The translations under genes were made by a program, and so were the position numbers. A DNA stretch of 64,000 nt from IMG/VR virus record IMGVR_UViG_3300025101_000019, positions 96,001 through 160,000 of that record; one strand, written 5' to 3'. Shown one piece after another: positions 1-8,875 of this stretch (the first letter of the stretch is position 1; each line of letters starts with the position of its first letter). Below the pieces are notes generated by a model that saw nothing but the letters and a program-made list of their open reading frames with translations, made no database searches and was not told where the DNA came from. The DNA is from a virus.

Positions 1-138
1 TATTGGTATACCACATATTGCCAGTAGAATTGTATTATCTTTGAACCAATCCCATTTGAATTGTCCGTTTAACTGAAAGAACACTGCGATGTGTCCTAAC
101 AGAAACCAAACTATACCCATCAATACACTCTTATTCAT
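1..138 (-). CDS. membrane protein, truncated by window edge
   Basis: Not in ORF track; ATG at 138 reads MNKSVLMGIVWFLLGHIAVFFQLNGQFKWDWF..., hydrophobic, open to position 1. Confidence 0.7.
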   Translation of the reverse strand, partial: MNKSVLMGIVWFLLGHIAVFFQLNGQFKWDWFKDNTILLAICGIPI

Positions 139-452
139 TATGCATTGATTTTCATTAAGATTTCTTGCTCTCTATATAGATTTAGCTTTTCACCATCTAA
201 TTTTAGTTGAACACCTGTATTTGGTACGATAACATTATCACCTACTTGTAGTTTCATAGGTATTTTTGTACCTGTTGTAGTGTGTATACCACTACCAACT
301 GCGAGTACCTCACCCCTCATTTGTTCTTTATTAGACTCGGGTTTGTACAACCCACCTTTGGTCTTTTCGTCTTCTTTAATAACTTTGACTAATACATAGT
401 CATTTAATGGTTGGTATGTTTCCCACCATAGTTTTTTTTCTGTTTTTGCCAT
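138..452 (-). CDS. groES: co-chaperonin GroES (Cpn10)
   Basis: QPLNDYVLVK, KTKGGLY mobile loop, GEVLAVGSG, VGDNVI, REQEIL. Confidence 0.9.
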   Translation of the reverse strand: MAKTEKKLWWETYQPLNDYVLVKVIKEDEKTKGGLYKPESNKEQMRGEVLAVGSGIHTTTGTKIPMKLQVGDNVIVPNTGVQLKLDGEKLNLYREQEILMKINA

Positions 453-472
453 AACTTCTTTCTAATTTGATT

Positions 473-504
473 ACAATATACAACATTTATTTGATATTGC
501 AAAA
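473..504 (-). promoter_or_regulatory. Bacteroidota-type promoter upstream of groES
   Basis: Minus strand TTTG...TATATTGT; spacer shares AATATACAACATTTATTTGATAT with the 3102 copy. Confidence 0.65.
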
Positions 505-513
505 TGTTTTTAA

Positions 514-780
514 TTATTTTTCGTTTCTTCTCAATATTTCCACAAGCAGTCTTAAATCCTCTAAGTCATTAAATACTATTGATGTGTCTACAATCTCTAC
601 TTCTAATTCGTCTTCCCATTCGTCTTCTCGATTTGATTGGAGTTCAATCTCACCAATCACCAAGGTATAAAAGGTTGGACTTTCTACATTCTGAAATATA
701 CCTTCTACATTAATATTTTCATGAGAAGGTTCTTCACGCTCAAACCCTAAATCAATTAGGTCTTGCTCTGTCATTGTCAT
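514..780 (-). CDS. hypothetical acidic protein
   Basis: Tightly packed ORF on the gene strand. Confidence 0.6.
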   Translation of the reverse strand: MTMTEQDLIDLGFEREEPSHENINVEGIFQNVESPTFYTLVIGEIELQSNREDEWEDELEVEIVDTSIVFNDLEDLRLLVEILRRNEK

Positions 781-789
781 ATTTTCCCC

Positions 790-990
790 TTATCTAACTA
801 TATCAAAAGATACTACGCCATCACAATCCATACAGAACTCTGTGTCTATTCTTCCTCTAACACATGAATCATGCTCCCAAAGATATACTGGATTCTGAGA
901 ATCACATTCACATTTAGGACCTGTACAACTTAGTTGACTAAATCTTTTGAGTCTTGGATGTTTAATCCATTCGTCTTTTAAATATATCAT
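790..990 (-). CDS. hypothetical Cys-rich protein
   Basis: Several Cys pairs; packed in operon. Confidence 0.55.
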   Translation of the reverse strand: MIYLKDEWIKHPRLKRFSQLSCTGPKCECDSQNPVYLWEHDSCVRGRIDTEFCMDCDGVVSFDIVR

Positions 991-992
991 AA

Positions 993-1349
993 CTATATGT
1001 TTACATCACCAAAACCACCATTTTTATTAACGATGATTCCTTTGGCTCTTACCTCATCAGGATTTTTATCACTACTATTGTTGATTAGAATTCTCTCAGC
1101 TCTACCGATTCCCATAACTAATTGGTGGAATGGTATTCCTAATATATCCATCTCTTGAATAGTGTCGTGTCTTAGTGACTCAGGTCTTGCCGTAGTCAAT
1201 ACAATATGATGACCTTCTTTGAACCACTTTACCATCTTGTCTACCACACCTGGCAGAGCAACAGACTTGAAAGGGTCAAGGTCTTCGAAATTTACTTGAT
1301 GTACTAAAGTCCCATCTATATCACTAAAAATTGTTTTTGTTTTTATCAT
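993..1349 (-). CDS. HAD-superfamily phosphatase-like protein
   Basis: FSDIDGTL motif I, LTTAR motif II; ATG at 1349 preferred. Confidence 0.75.
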   Translation of the reverse strand: MIKTKTIFSDIDGTLVHQVNFEDLDPFKSVALPGVVDKMVKWFKEGHHIVLTTARPESLRHDTIQEMDILGIPFHQLVMGIGRAERILINNSSDKNPDEVRAKGIIVNKNGGFGDVNI

Positions 1350-1370
1350 AGTTTTCAAACTTTTACATTA

Positions 1371-1431
1371 TAAATGTACGACAATTTTTGTTAATTGCCA
1401 AACTTTTAATGTTAAATAATTGTTAAATTTT
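1371..1431 (-). promoter_or_regulatory. Bacteroidota-type promoter with upstream TTAACA-N5-TTAACA repeat
   Basis: TTTGG-N19-TACATTTA; TGTTAA at 1410 and 1421; 34 bp identical to 57478-57511. Confidence 0.75.
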
Positions 1432-2071
1432 ACCAATTTTCTCTTCTAAAGTGTTCATCATCCCAAGCCCAACTTAATAGTCGAGTCTCTTCGACATCGT
1501 GTAGTACGATGGTTTTATCTGTCATTTTATCATCATAGAAATATTCATAACCAAAACAACCTACATCTGCGTCAATTACTTGTATGATTCTATCTGAAAA
1601 TATTTTACACCCATTTGCCCATTGAATGTCGGAATAAGTAGCTAATAGATTTTTTATCATTCTTGAGTTAGGTGCTGACCCATATACTGCACAATCAAAC
1701 AAAGTATTATTTTGTTGTGTTGGTTTTAGTCCTGTAAAGAATGTTATATTTTCACCAAGTTGATTCATACATAAATCAAAACTTTGAACTGGTTTTGCAT
1801 CTGCATCAACATAAATTCCACCAATTTCATTTAGTAGTAAACATCTAATCCTATCACAAATGAATGCCCATTTATATAACTCTGGTTCTTTTAAGTAGTT
1901 TGTTAGGAATGGGTCATCGCTATATTTTTCAAAAACCTCATTACCCCAAAGTTTACATTCGTAATTTGGATTTACTATTGGCATCGCATCAGTAAACTCT
2001 TTGATATGTTCGGGTATAGGTTTATCACCAACCCATAGTTGGTGTATTATTTTTGGTATTTTTGTATTCAT
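1430..2071 (-). CDS. glycosyltransferase family 32-like (DXD)
   Basis: IPKIIHQLW, DRIRCLLL..GGIYVDAD. Confidence 0.85.
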   Translation of the reverse strand: MNTKIPKIIHQLWVGDKPIPEHIKEFTDAMPIVNPNYECKLWGNEVFEKYSDDPFLTNYLKEPELYKWAFICDRIRCLLLNEIGGIYVDADAKPVQSFDLCMNQLGENITFFTGLKPTQQNNTLFDCAVYGSAPNSRMIKNLLATYSDIQWANGCKIFSDRIIQVIDADVGCFGYEYFYDDKMTDKTIVLHDVEETRLLSWAWDDEHFRRENW

Positions 2072-2256
2072 ATTTCTAAATGTCCTAATTTTTCGTGTAA
2101 TCTTTTCATATGTTTACAAGGTGAATATGGTCTGAACTCCCTTGCTTTACATTCACAATCTGTTATTCGGTAATCAGTTACAGTTACATTGTAGTAAGAC
2201 AACTTGCCTGTCTTCTTGTTACGACTACCCATTTCTCTATACTGCCATTTCCTCAT
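2068..2256 (-). CDS. SWIM-type zinc finger protein
   Basis: CECK...PCKH. Confidence 0.7.
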   Translation of the reverse strand: MRKWQYREMGSRNKKTGKLSYYNVTVTDYRITDCECKAREFRPYSPCKHMKRLHEKLGHLEI

Positions 2257-2524
2257 TATCTATTTTTTTCATTAATAAATCATACGACAACTCAGTTGGT
2301 TCTTGAAATAGAACCTCATGGTCACGATACTCAAACTTTTCCAAGTCATTGGATTGTTCCTTAACTATCTCAGTTAATTTACCTTCCAAGTCATCGGTAT
2401 ACATTACAACATCCGTTGCCACTTCCATCGTGAACTGATGTCCACCTTTTGGTTTCCAATGAGTTCGTCCCTCATGGAATCCATAATTTTCATAATACTG
2501 AGTATCAATTACAATCTTTGCCAT
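2237..2524 (-). CDS. hypothetical phage protein
   Basis: IDTQYYENYG...HWKPKGG; packed ORF. Confidence 0.65.
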   Translation of the reverse strand: MAKIVIDTQYYENYGFHEGRTHWKPKGGHQFTMEVATDVVMYTDDLEGKLTEIVKEQSNDLEKFEYRDHEVLFQEPTELSYDLLMKKIDNEEMAV

Positions 2525-2526
2525 AT

Positions 2527-2682
2527 CTAATAAACTATAAAATCCGTTAACTCTTCACCGATACCGACTCCGTTTTTAGTTATCTCATAACTTGGGTCCA
2601 TACCTGAACTAATTACTGAATCAACTAATTGTTGAATCGTGTCAAAACTTTTATCATAATAGGAACAATCTAAACTATACAT
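2527..2682 (-). CDS. hypothetical protein
   Basis: MYSLDCSYY start at 2682 avoids overlap with upstream ORF. Confidence 0.55.
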   Translation of the reverse strand: MYSLDCSYYDKSFDTIQQLVDSVISSGMDPSYEITKNGVGIGEELTDFIVY

Positions 2683-2693
2683 ATTTTTTATTT

Positions 2694-2834
2694 TTAACAT
2701 GGACATACTATCCATAGTGAAACATATAACAAACCAAATATACCACCCATAAAAAGGACAGATACAATTGCGTCTATTGGATTTTCTTTTATAGCTTCGA
2801 TAGCTTCTTTATTGAATTCGTACCACTCTTTCAT
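2694..2834 (-). CDS. small membrane protein (46 aa)
   Basis: Not in track; MKEWYEFNKEAIEAIKENPIDAIVSVLFMGGIFGLLYVSLWIVCPC fills the gap. Confidence 0.65.
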   Translation of the reverse strand: MKEWYEFNKEAIEAIKENPIDAIVSVLFMGGIFGLLYVSLWIVCPC

Positions 2835-2846
2835 ATTTCTTATTTT

Positions 2847-3074
2847 TTATGCGAATGAACCGCTATTGATAAACTTACTAACAACTCCATATTCTTGGTG
2901 ACTCAAAGCGTCATACCAATCTGATGCCACCTCATCTTCTACAAGAGATATTGGACAATCAAAGTCTGGCTTGTTGTTAACAAACGCCGGATAAACAATT
3001 CCTGAGTTGGTATCAACCCAACTTCCTACTGATTTTAATTCTACTAAATTCATAATTTTTAATTTATTTTTCAT
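2847..3074 (-). CDS. hypothetical protein
   Basis: First ORF after the 3102 promoter. Confidence 0.6.
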   Translation of the reverse strand: MKNKLKIMNLVELKSVGSWVDTNSGIVYPAFVNNKPDFDCPISLVEDEVASDWYDALSHQEYGVVSKFINSGSFA

Positions 3075-3101
3075 TTATTATTAACTCTTAATCTTACACT
3101 A

Positions 3102-3161
3102 CTAATATACAACATTTATTTGATATCGCCAAACTTTTAATGTTAAGAAATTGTTAAATTT
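3102..3161 (-). promoter_or_regulatory. Bacteroidota-type promoter with TTAACA direct repeat
   Basis: TTTGG-N19-TATATTAG; TGTTAA at 3141 and 3152. Confidence 0.75.
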
Positions 3162-3733
3162 TGAAACGCTTTCTCAACCTTAACATACTCTTTATCGGTC
3201 ATGTAAGTCTTATTGTGGGATAAAAATCCTTCGATTGTACTCCAAACTTGATTTACTGCTTGAGATTCTTCGTTCCAAGAGTTTATCCAATATTCAACTG
3301 AACCCCACTTTGGTTTGTTATTACAGAAAACATAAGATGGAAAATACTTCAATTCAGTTCCATTGTCAGTACAAGTATCATAGTCATTGTATTCGTACAT
3401 ATCAATCATACCATTGAAAGAACCACCTTTAAATATCTGAGAGAAGTTCTCTATTTGTTTGTAAATATTTTCATCAACCGATGAACCATCTGCGTTAGAT
3501 ACATTCACATCAACTGACGAACCACCACTATAAGTTTTGGAGTTACTCCACACTTTTATTTCAGGGAAGTTTTTCTTAACATATTGTTTGATAACCGATG
3601 CTGAATTCTTAGCATTCATATAGATGTAATCTTTTTCTTCAGAATACCAGTTGTCTTGATTCTTTTTGATTAATGCTGATTGTGGTAACTCGTAGTTCAC
3701 ACCTTGGATTGTTAATTTGATTTTTTTACTCAT
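3143..3733 (-). CDS. LPD29-like (large polyvalent protein-associated domain) protein
   Basis: IKQYVKKNFPEIKVWSNSKTYSGGSSVDV...FKGGSFNGMIDMYEY. Confidence 0.6.
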   Translation of the reverse strand: MSKKIKLTIQGVNYELPQSALIKKNQDNWYSEEKDYIYMNAKNSASVIKQYVKKNFPEIKVWSNSKTYSGGSSVDVNVSNADGSSVDENIYKQIENFSQIFKGGSFNGMIDMYEYNDYDTCTDNGTELKYFPSYVFCNNKPKWGSVEYWINSWNEESQAVNQVWSTIEGFLSHNKTYMTDKEYVKVEKAFQNLTIS

Positions 3734-3775
3734 TTTTTATTTATTTAATTATTACTCTTATCACTTATTACACTA

Positions 3776-3836
3776 CTAAAGTACGACAATTAAATGAGAA
3801 ATCCAAATTTTTAATGTTAAGAAATTGTTAAATTTT
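3776..3836 (-). promoter_or_regulatory. Bacteroidota-type promoter with TTAACA direct repeat
   Basis: TTTGG-N19-TACTTTAG; TGTTAA at 3815 and 3826. Confidence 0.75.
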
Positions 3837-4461
3837 GCTTTATTTTGAATTTTTTTAGTGGTTTTTCCCAAAAATCATAGATTTCATCCTTTTTATACCC
3901 AAATTTGATGTAATCGTTGTTGAATCGTTCCCAACATACTTGCCTTAAATGAGTTTCGTCAAAATCAATGGGTGGATATTCAGTTTTACCAATAAATGGT
4001 ACTTGAAAATCATCTGGCATAAACCACAATTCTTTTAAATCTTCTTTAATATTTTCTGCTCTGATAAGTAAATCTATTTGTTTTGATGTATTATTTACTA
4101 AATCCCATAGATTCCAACCTTGAATCCAATCTTCTGACATAGCTTGTAAACAAAGTATTGGTCCATTTGATGGGTCAATCATTTCGTGTCGTTCACCACC
4201 ATATCCATACTTCCAATAACTTAACCATCTATAATATGGGTGTCTAATACTTGCAATATGAATGTAATCATCACCTGCTTCTTCAGGCCAATTGTTTACA
4301 TGGGTAAAATCGGATGGATGTTCATCGGAAGGCCAATCGGGATTCAAATCACAATATTCTAAGAAAATATCTCGAACAGACCTTGACGCTACCTTAGCGG
4401 GAGCAGTCCATACGAATTTATACTTGTGACTTATGTTTGCACCTCTTTTTTGAAAATCCAT
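3817..4461 (-). CDS. sulfotransferase family 2-like protein
   Basis: APAKVASRSV (5'-PSB-like) and IRHPYYRWLSYW (3'-PB-like). Confidence 0.65.
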   Translation of the reverse strand: MDFQKRGANISHKYKFVWTAPAKVASRSVRDIFLEYCDLNPDWPSDEHPSDFTHVNNWPEEAGDDYIHIASIRHPYYRWLSYWKYGYGGERHEMIDPSNGPILCLQAMSEDWIQGWNLWDLVNNTSKQIDLLIRAENIKEDLKELWFMPDDFQVPFIGKTEYPPIDFDETHLRQVCWERFNNDYIKFGYKKDEIYDFWEKPLKKFKIKQNLTIS

Positions 4462-5043
4462 TTACATTTCCGTATTGAAGAAGAAAGTCTGAAATAGTCT
4501 ACCATCGTATATGTCTCTACCAAAGTAGTCTAATGAAGCGTGAAAGTAATCACCTCTATAAATTACCAATCGATTGTATACATTCGCCAATCTATCAGTC
4601 ATTTCCCATTTTGTATAGTCTTGAGAGTCTTTGTATATTTCATCCATCAATTCTTTGTCAGGAGTTCCGTCTGCCTTATATGGATGACTGGTCAACCCAG
4701 TTGCCTTGTGTTTAAATAAACCCGTTCCTGCGCTTAATGGGGCGTTTGGTGTTAAATAACAAACACCTGCCCACCTTGTAGTGTTGTCTGCATGAATCCA
4801 AGTTCTGTCACCTTGTGTTGTATATTGATATGCTCCTGTATATTCGTCTCCCCAATCTGTAACTCTACCCCATTGTGGTGATATAACAGATTCGATAGTA
4901 TCTGTTATTGAGTCATTTAAAAATGGTATTGTTCTTTGACCTGGGTAATTACCTCGTACTCCGAAGTCTTGTGATAATGCGAATTGTCTTACTTCGTCAG
5001 GATTTGAGTAGAAGTTTTCAATAATGAATGCGTTTACTTCCAT
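4462..5043 (-). CDS. 2OG-Fe(II) oxygenase (DUF6445-like)
   Basis: IIENFYSNPD, YPGQRT, WIHAD, AGVCYLTP, YNRLVIY..FH, RLFQTFF. Confidence 0.8.
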   Translation of the reverse strand: MEVNAFIIENFYSNPDEVRQFALSQDFGVRGNYPGQRTIPFLNDSITDTIESVISPQWGRVTDWGDEYTGAYQYTTQGDRTWIHADNTTRWAGVCYLTPNAPLSAGTGLFKHKATGLTSHPYKADGTPDKELMDEIYKDSQDYTKWEMTDRLANVYNRLVIYRGDYFHASLDYFGRDIYDGRLFQTFFFNTEM

Positions 5044-5059
5044 AACTTGTTTATTAAAT

Positions 5060-5968
5060 TTATTTCATGTTTTTAGTTATACTATCGGGAGCGTTCTGAG
5101 CCACCCAATTGAATAACTTTGTTTTCCATACTTTTTCAGGTAATATTCCTTTACCCTCTCTTTTAACTGGCAGAGATAAGAATCCTTTTGCTATTCCTTC
5201 TACATTGTTTCCATCAGCATCTTTGTAAAATACCGTATGTTGTGGATTATTTAATATTACATCAACCCTACCATTTAGTCCATTTGGCATTGCCTTTGTT
5301 ACAAGACCCCAAACAGTATTTGCTGCACCTTCATGAGTTTTTAATAGAATATCCTCAGGCACCATTCGTTCTCTTTTTCTATTGTTATCAAGTGCGGTTA
5401 CATAATTAGTAAGAACCCATGTTAAGTGAATGTTTTTAGAGTTGTATCCAGCTTTTTTTAGTTGAGGAATTATACTTGTAATATCTGTAACATCCTTTGC
5501 CGTAATATCAAACATAATATTAGGAAGTGTTTCAGGATTATCTTTACCTACTAATAGTTTTTCTAATGAACTATCTTTGATACCCGTTGATTTTACTAAC
5601 TGATGTAATGCCCTAACATGGTCTGGTTTCTTTAATTGTAAGTTTCTTAACTGAAATCCTTGTGATTGAATGTTCCTAATGACTTCTATTTCTTTTGCTG
5701 GTATATTTTTACCATACTTGTTCAATACAGAATCAATATCTAATTTACCCATTCTATTTAGAATCTGAAGTTGTTTTTTCATTTTATCAACATCACGAAC
5801 TTTGAATGCGGTATTATCTATAAAATGTGAACCTGAGAATCCTTTACCACTACCTGCACCACCTGCCAAGAATACAACTTGACCATATGGTTTTCTATTA
5901 TTATATACAATTAACTTTTCGTCTAATTGTTCTTCTGTTAGTACCTCTAAAATAAAGTCTTTAATCAT
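5060..5968 (-). CDS. P-loop kinase-like protein (AAA_33/zeta-like)
   Basis: FLAGGAGSGKG Walker A; NRKRERMVP lid-like motif. Confidence 0.75.
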   Translation of the reverse strand: MIKDFILEVLTEEQLDEKLIVYNNRKPYGQVVFLAGGAGSGKGFSGSHFIDNTAFKVRDVDKMKKQLQILNRMGKLDIDSVLNKYGKNIPAKEIEVIRNIQSQGFQLRNLQLKKPDHVRALHQLVKSTGIKDSSLEKLLVGKDNPETLPNIMFDITAKDVTDITSIIPQLKKAGYNSKNIHLTWVLTNYVTALDNNRKRERMVPEDILLKTHEGAANTVWGLVTKAMPNGLNGRVDVILNNPQHTVFYKDADGNNVEGIAKGFLSLPVKREGKGILPEKVWKTKLFNWVAQNAPDSITKNMK

Positions 5969-6182
5969 TTTTTCCCCTTAATGGAAATCGTTTACTACGA
6001 TTATCGTAATTTTCTTTTTGGTATGGAAACATACGATTCAATCTATCTTGGCGTTTTTTACACCCACAATCTTCTTTACCTGCGACCTCGGCAATCTTTT
6101 CAGCCAACTTGTCTAATTTAGTTGCTGATGTGATTTTCTTGATTGTATCACCGACACCTTTTGACTTTTCATTCCATTTCAT
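5961..6182 (-). CDS. hypothetical phage protein
   Basis: GVGDTIKKIT...DCGCKKRQDRLN. Confidence 0.7.
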   Translation of the reverse strand: MKWNEKSKGVGDTIKKITSATKLDKLAEKIAEVAGKEDCGCKKRQDRLNRMFPYQKENYDNRSKRFPLRGKND

Positions 6183-6405
6183 AAGTTTCGTCTATCTCTA
6201 CGCTGAATCCCTCTTTACGAAACAACTCGTATAAGTCTTCAACCATTATTATGTCCCCAGTATAAATATCACACTTTCCATTATTATGTACAATGTTTGC
6301 AACTGATTGCCCTTGCGTCATTGGAAAGGACAAGTATTTTCTCAAAACACTCACAACTTCGTCAAATGTATGAATGTCATCATCTAACAAATATAATTTA
6401 GCCAT
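6169..6405 (-). CDS. clpS: ClpS-like Clp protease adaptor
   Basis: LYLLDDDIHTFDEVVSVL...ANIVHNNGKCDIYTG resembles the Bacteroidota ClpS core. Confidence 0.75.
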   Translation of the reverse strand: MAKLYLLDDDIHTFDEVVSVLRKYLSFPMTQGQSVANIVHNNGKCDIYTGDIIMVEDLYELFRKEGFSVEIDETYEME

Positions 6406-6407
6406 GA

Positions 6408-6587
6408 TTAAAGTTCATATTGAATAACTTGTTTAATATCATACTTTTGTTTAAATTTTTCAACATAAATTGGTACTTCTATTTCTGCTCCAATTGATGC
6501 TTCAACATTTACATCATCTTCAGTTTTTACATAAACTATACACTCTTCCTTAAACAAAGGGTCAAGTTTTTTTATTACTATTTTCAT
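6408..6587 (-). CDS. hypothetical protein (59 aa)
   Basis: Not in track; MKIVIKKLDPLFKEECIVYVK...QYEL fills the gap. Confidence 0.6.
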   Translation of the reverse strand: MKIVIKKLDPLFKEECIVYVKTEDDVNVEASIGAEIEVPIYVEKFKQKYDIKQVIQYEL

Positions 6588-6774
6588 TGGGTCTCTCCAA
6601 CATCTCTATAAGGTCTTTAATATGTTGACATTTCATATAGTCCTCTTCGGCAATATAAAACGACATCATCTTTTCTAACAATCGTTTTTTAGTAGATAAA
6701 TCGATAAAAGTAGGGTTGTACAACATAATGTCGTAAACCTCATCCATCGCTTTAACTTCATATTCTTCTGCCAT
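6562..6774 (-). CDS. small protein with UVR (UvrB/C) coiled-coil motif
   Basis: LEKMMSFYIAEEDYMKCQHIKDLIEML; start MAEEY at 6774. Confidence 0.55.
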   Translation of the reverse strand: MAEEYEVKAMDEVYDIMLYNPTFIDLSTKKRLLEKMMSFYIAEEDYMKCQHIKDLIEMLERPNENSNKKT

Positions 6775-6800
6775 AAATATAGTTTGGAAAGTTAATAAAA

Positions 6801-7184
6801 CTAAAATTTGGACATAGCTTCGGAGAAAATCCACCCCAAAACACCAATGAGACCACTAAATAGTACCCAAAGTGCCTTAACTACACCACTTTTCCAATCT
6901 TGAAGTTTAGATAATTCTAACTTTAATTCAAGAAGTTCTTCAGGAGTTGTCTCTGAATCTCGTCTAAATGCCGTATTCTTATTGACTCTGACAATCACAC
7001 CATTCTCAGGATTAAGTAAAGTATACTTAATATCCGAAAAATCTTCTTTTAGTTCGTGTTGAAAGTCTTTCATCTCTTGAAAGTTCTGTTCCATTCTCTT
7101 TAGCTCCCCGTTAGGTAACTTCTTTTTCATAGTACCTAACTCGGATAGAATGTTTTCTAAAATGTCTTTTTGTGTAGATGCCAT
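6801..7184 (-). CDS. coiled-coil protein with C-terminal TM helix
   Basis: ALWVLFSGLIGVLGWIF. Confidence 0.65.
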   Translation of the reverse strand: MASTQKDILENILSELGTMKKKLPNGELKRMEQNFQEMKDFQHELKEDFSDIKYTLLNPENGVIVRVNKNTAFRRDSETTPEELLELKLELSKLQDWKSGVVKALWVLFSGLIGVLGWIFSEAMSKF

Positions 7185-7205
7185 ATTACAAATCCTAAGT
7201 TTTGA

Positions 7206-7934
7206 TTATAAATATGGAGTCTTGTACCAAATCGCAGACTTACTATTTGATTTTTCGTGTTCAGGTCTATCTTTTGTAAAATAATACAATGCGAATGAGT
7301 ATCTTGATATATCATCTGGACAAACTAATGGAGTTGGGTGTCCATGAATTGAGTCATCTGTTGTGTTAAATATCACTGCTCTATTGAATGTTGGTAGTAC
7401 AGATTTTACTTTAACCAATCCCTCTTTTTCACATAAATCTAAGTGACCATTATAATTCCAATTTGGAGTAAGATATAGTAGTAAGTTAATTCTTCGCCAC
7501 ATATCTTGAGTTGGGTGTTTGTTGTAATCTGAATGTAGTTCTAATCTACCACCATTTTTGATTCTATGAATACCACCACCCTCATAGTCCACATCTGCGA
7601 TTAATCCTTCTATGCCTGTTAACTTCTCTAAGAACATTAAAAATTGTCTTGAGTTAAAGTATTCAAGACACTTCCACACTGCGGGCATATCCGTTTCTAA
7701 TCGATTCTTAGACTCTGTATCATATGGAGTCCAAAACTTACTTACTTGTGAGTTTCTTTCGTCTTCAGGATATCCCATCATATCATCCCACTGCCAATCT
7801 GTATGATTTGACATTTCATTATAACATTGAAGTGCCATATCGGTTGGTAAGAAATCGTCAAATATAATATGTGGAAATGGATTTGCTAATGAATAATTTG
7901 ATTTACATCCATCAGCTAATGATGTGTTTATCAT
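7206..7934 (-). CDS. 2OG-Fe(II) oxygenase (prolyl-hydroxylase-like)
   Basis: PFPHIIFDDFL, GGGIH, LHSDYN, FNRAVIF..SIHGHP, RYSFALYY. Confidence 0.85.
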   Translation of the reverse strand: MINTSLADGCKSNYSLANPFPHIIFDDFLPTDMALQCYNEMSNHTDWQWDDMMGYPEDERNSQVSKFWTPYDTESKNRLETDMPAVWKCLEYFNSRQFLMFLEKLTGIEGLIADVDYEGGGIHRIKNGGRLELHSDYNKHPTQDMWRRINLLLYLTPNWNYNGHLDLCEKEGLVKVKSVLPTFNRAVIFNTTDDSIHGHPTPLVCPDDISRYSFALYYFTKDRPEHEKSNSKSAIWYKTPYL

Positions 7935-8500
7935 AACATAGTTTTAAATTGGTCTTCTATATATTCTTCTATGACCTCTTTCTTTTGGTCTGAGGATAGA
8001 TGTTCTACTGCAAGTACTGATTTGATTCTAACATCAGGATACTTTCTTTGAAGTCTTTGTACTGCCTTTACATTCTTAAGTGAGTCATCCATGAATGCGA
8101 TATCAGTATATCCTTTTTCTATGTGTTTTTCAATCCAATCTGCCTTGTCTTTAGGATTATTACTTCCCAATGTTACAGGATACACATTCATTCCATATGT
8201 ATCTTTAAAAAACTTTCTGATTGGGAATCCTAACTTTCTTGCAGTTAATATTGTTACCTTTTTGTTTGGATTCGATAACATTTGTTGTAATAATTTGAAG
8301 TTCTTTCTAATCACTTTAGGATTATTCAACATACTATTGAAATCTTTAAAATCAAATGTATCACCACTTTTTTCGTTATATTTTGCGTATTCGGCAGGAC
8401 TCAATGTAGTTTCTGTACCATCTTTATGTGTAACATAAATGTATGCGGTACTCTTTGCGAGTGTATCGTCAAAGTCAAAAACTCTTAAAATTCTTCCCAT
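7931..8500 (-). CDS. HAD-superfamily phosphatase
   Basis: VFDFDDTL, ILTAR, FMDDS..N. Confidence 0.8.
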   Translation of the reverse strand: MGRILRVFDFDDTLAKSTAYIYVTHKDGTETTLSPAEYAKYNEKSGDTFDFKDFNSMLNNPKVIRKNFKLLQQMLSNPNKKVTILTARKLGFPIRKFFKDTYGMNVYPVTLGSNNPKDKADWIEKHIEKGYTDIAFMDDSLKNVKAVQRLQRKYPDVRIKSVLAVEHLSSDQKKEVIEEYIEDQFKTML

Positions 8501-8516
8501 AATTTTACCTTTTACA

Positions 8517-8548
8517 CTAATATACGAAAAATATACGACTTATCCAAG
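8517..8548 (-). promoter_or_regulatory. Bacteroidota-type promoter
   Basis: CTTGG-N19-TATATTAG. Confidence 0.65.
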
Positions 8549-8866
8549 TTTTCTCGCGATAAAATTCATATCCACTTGAATTGCGTATCCAGCACCTTCA
8601 TAATTATCAAATGGTACAAACTTTAAAGGTTTCATTCTTTTCATAGCAAATATTGCCAATTGTTTACAGATATCTCTTTTTGTTGTATCACCGAGTTTAT
8701 CTATTGCGTCTAAGTCCTTAGATGTCTTGGCCATAAAGACGATAGTATTACCACCACTTGTAGGTGTCATTACCTTAAATTCAGGATATTCACTTGGTAA
8801 ATCTGAATTTTTATCAGTAGATGTTAATACTACTTTACCTTCGTCTAATAAATCTTTTAATTTCAT
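8540..8866 (-). CDS. hypothetical protein
   Basis: MKLKDLLDE N-terminus. Confidence 0.6.
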   Translation of the reverse strand: MKLKDLLDEGKVVLTSTDKNSDLPSEYPEFKVMTPTSGGNTIVFMAKTSKDLDAIDKLGDTTKRDICKQLAIFAMKRMKPLKFVPFDNYEGAGYAIQVDMNFIARKLG

Positions 8867-8875
8867 AATTTCCGT

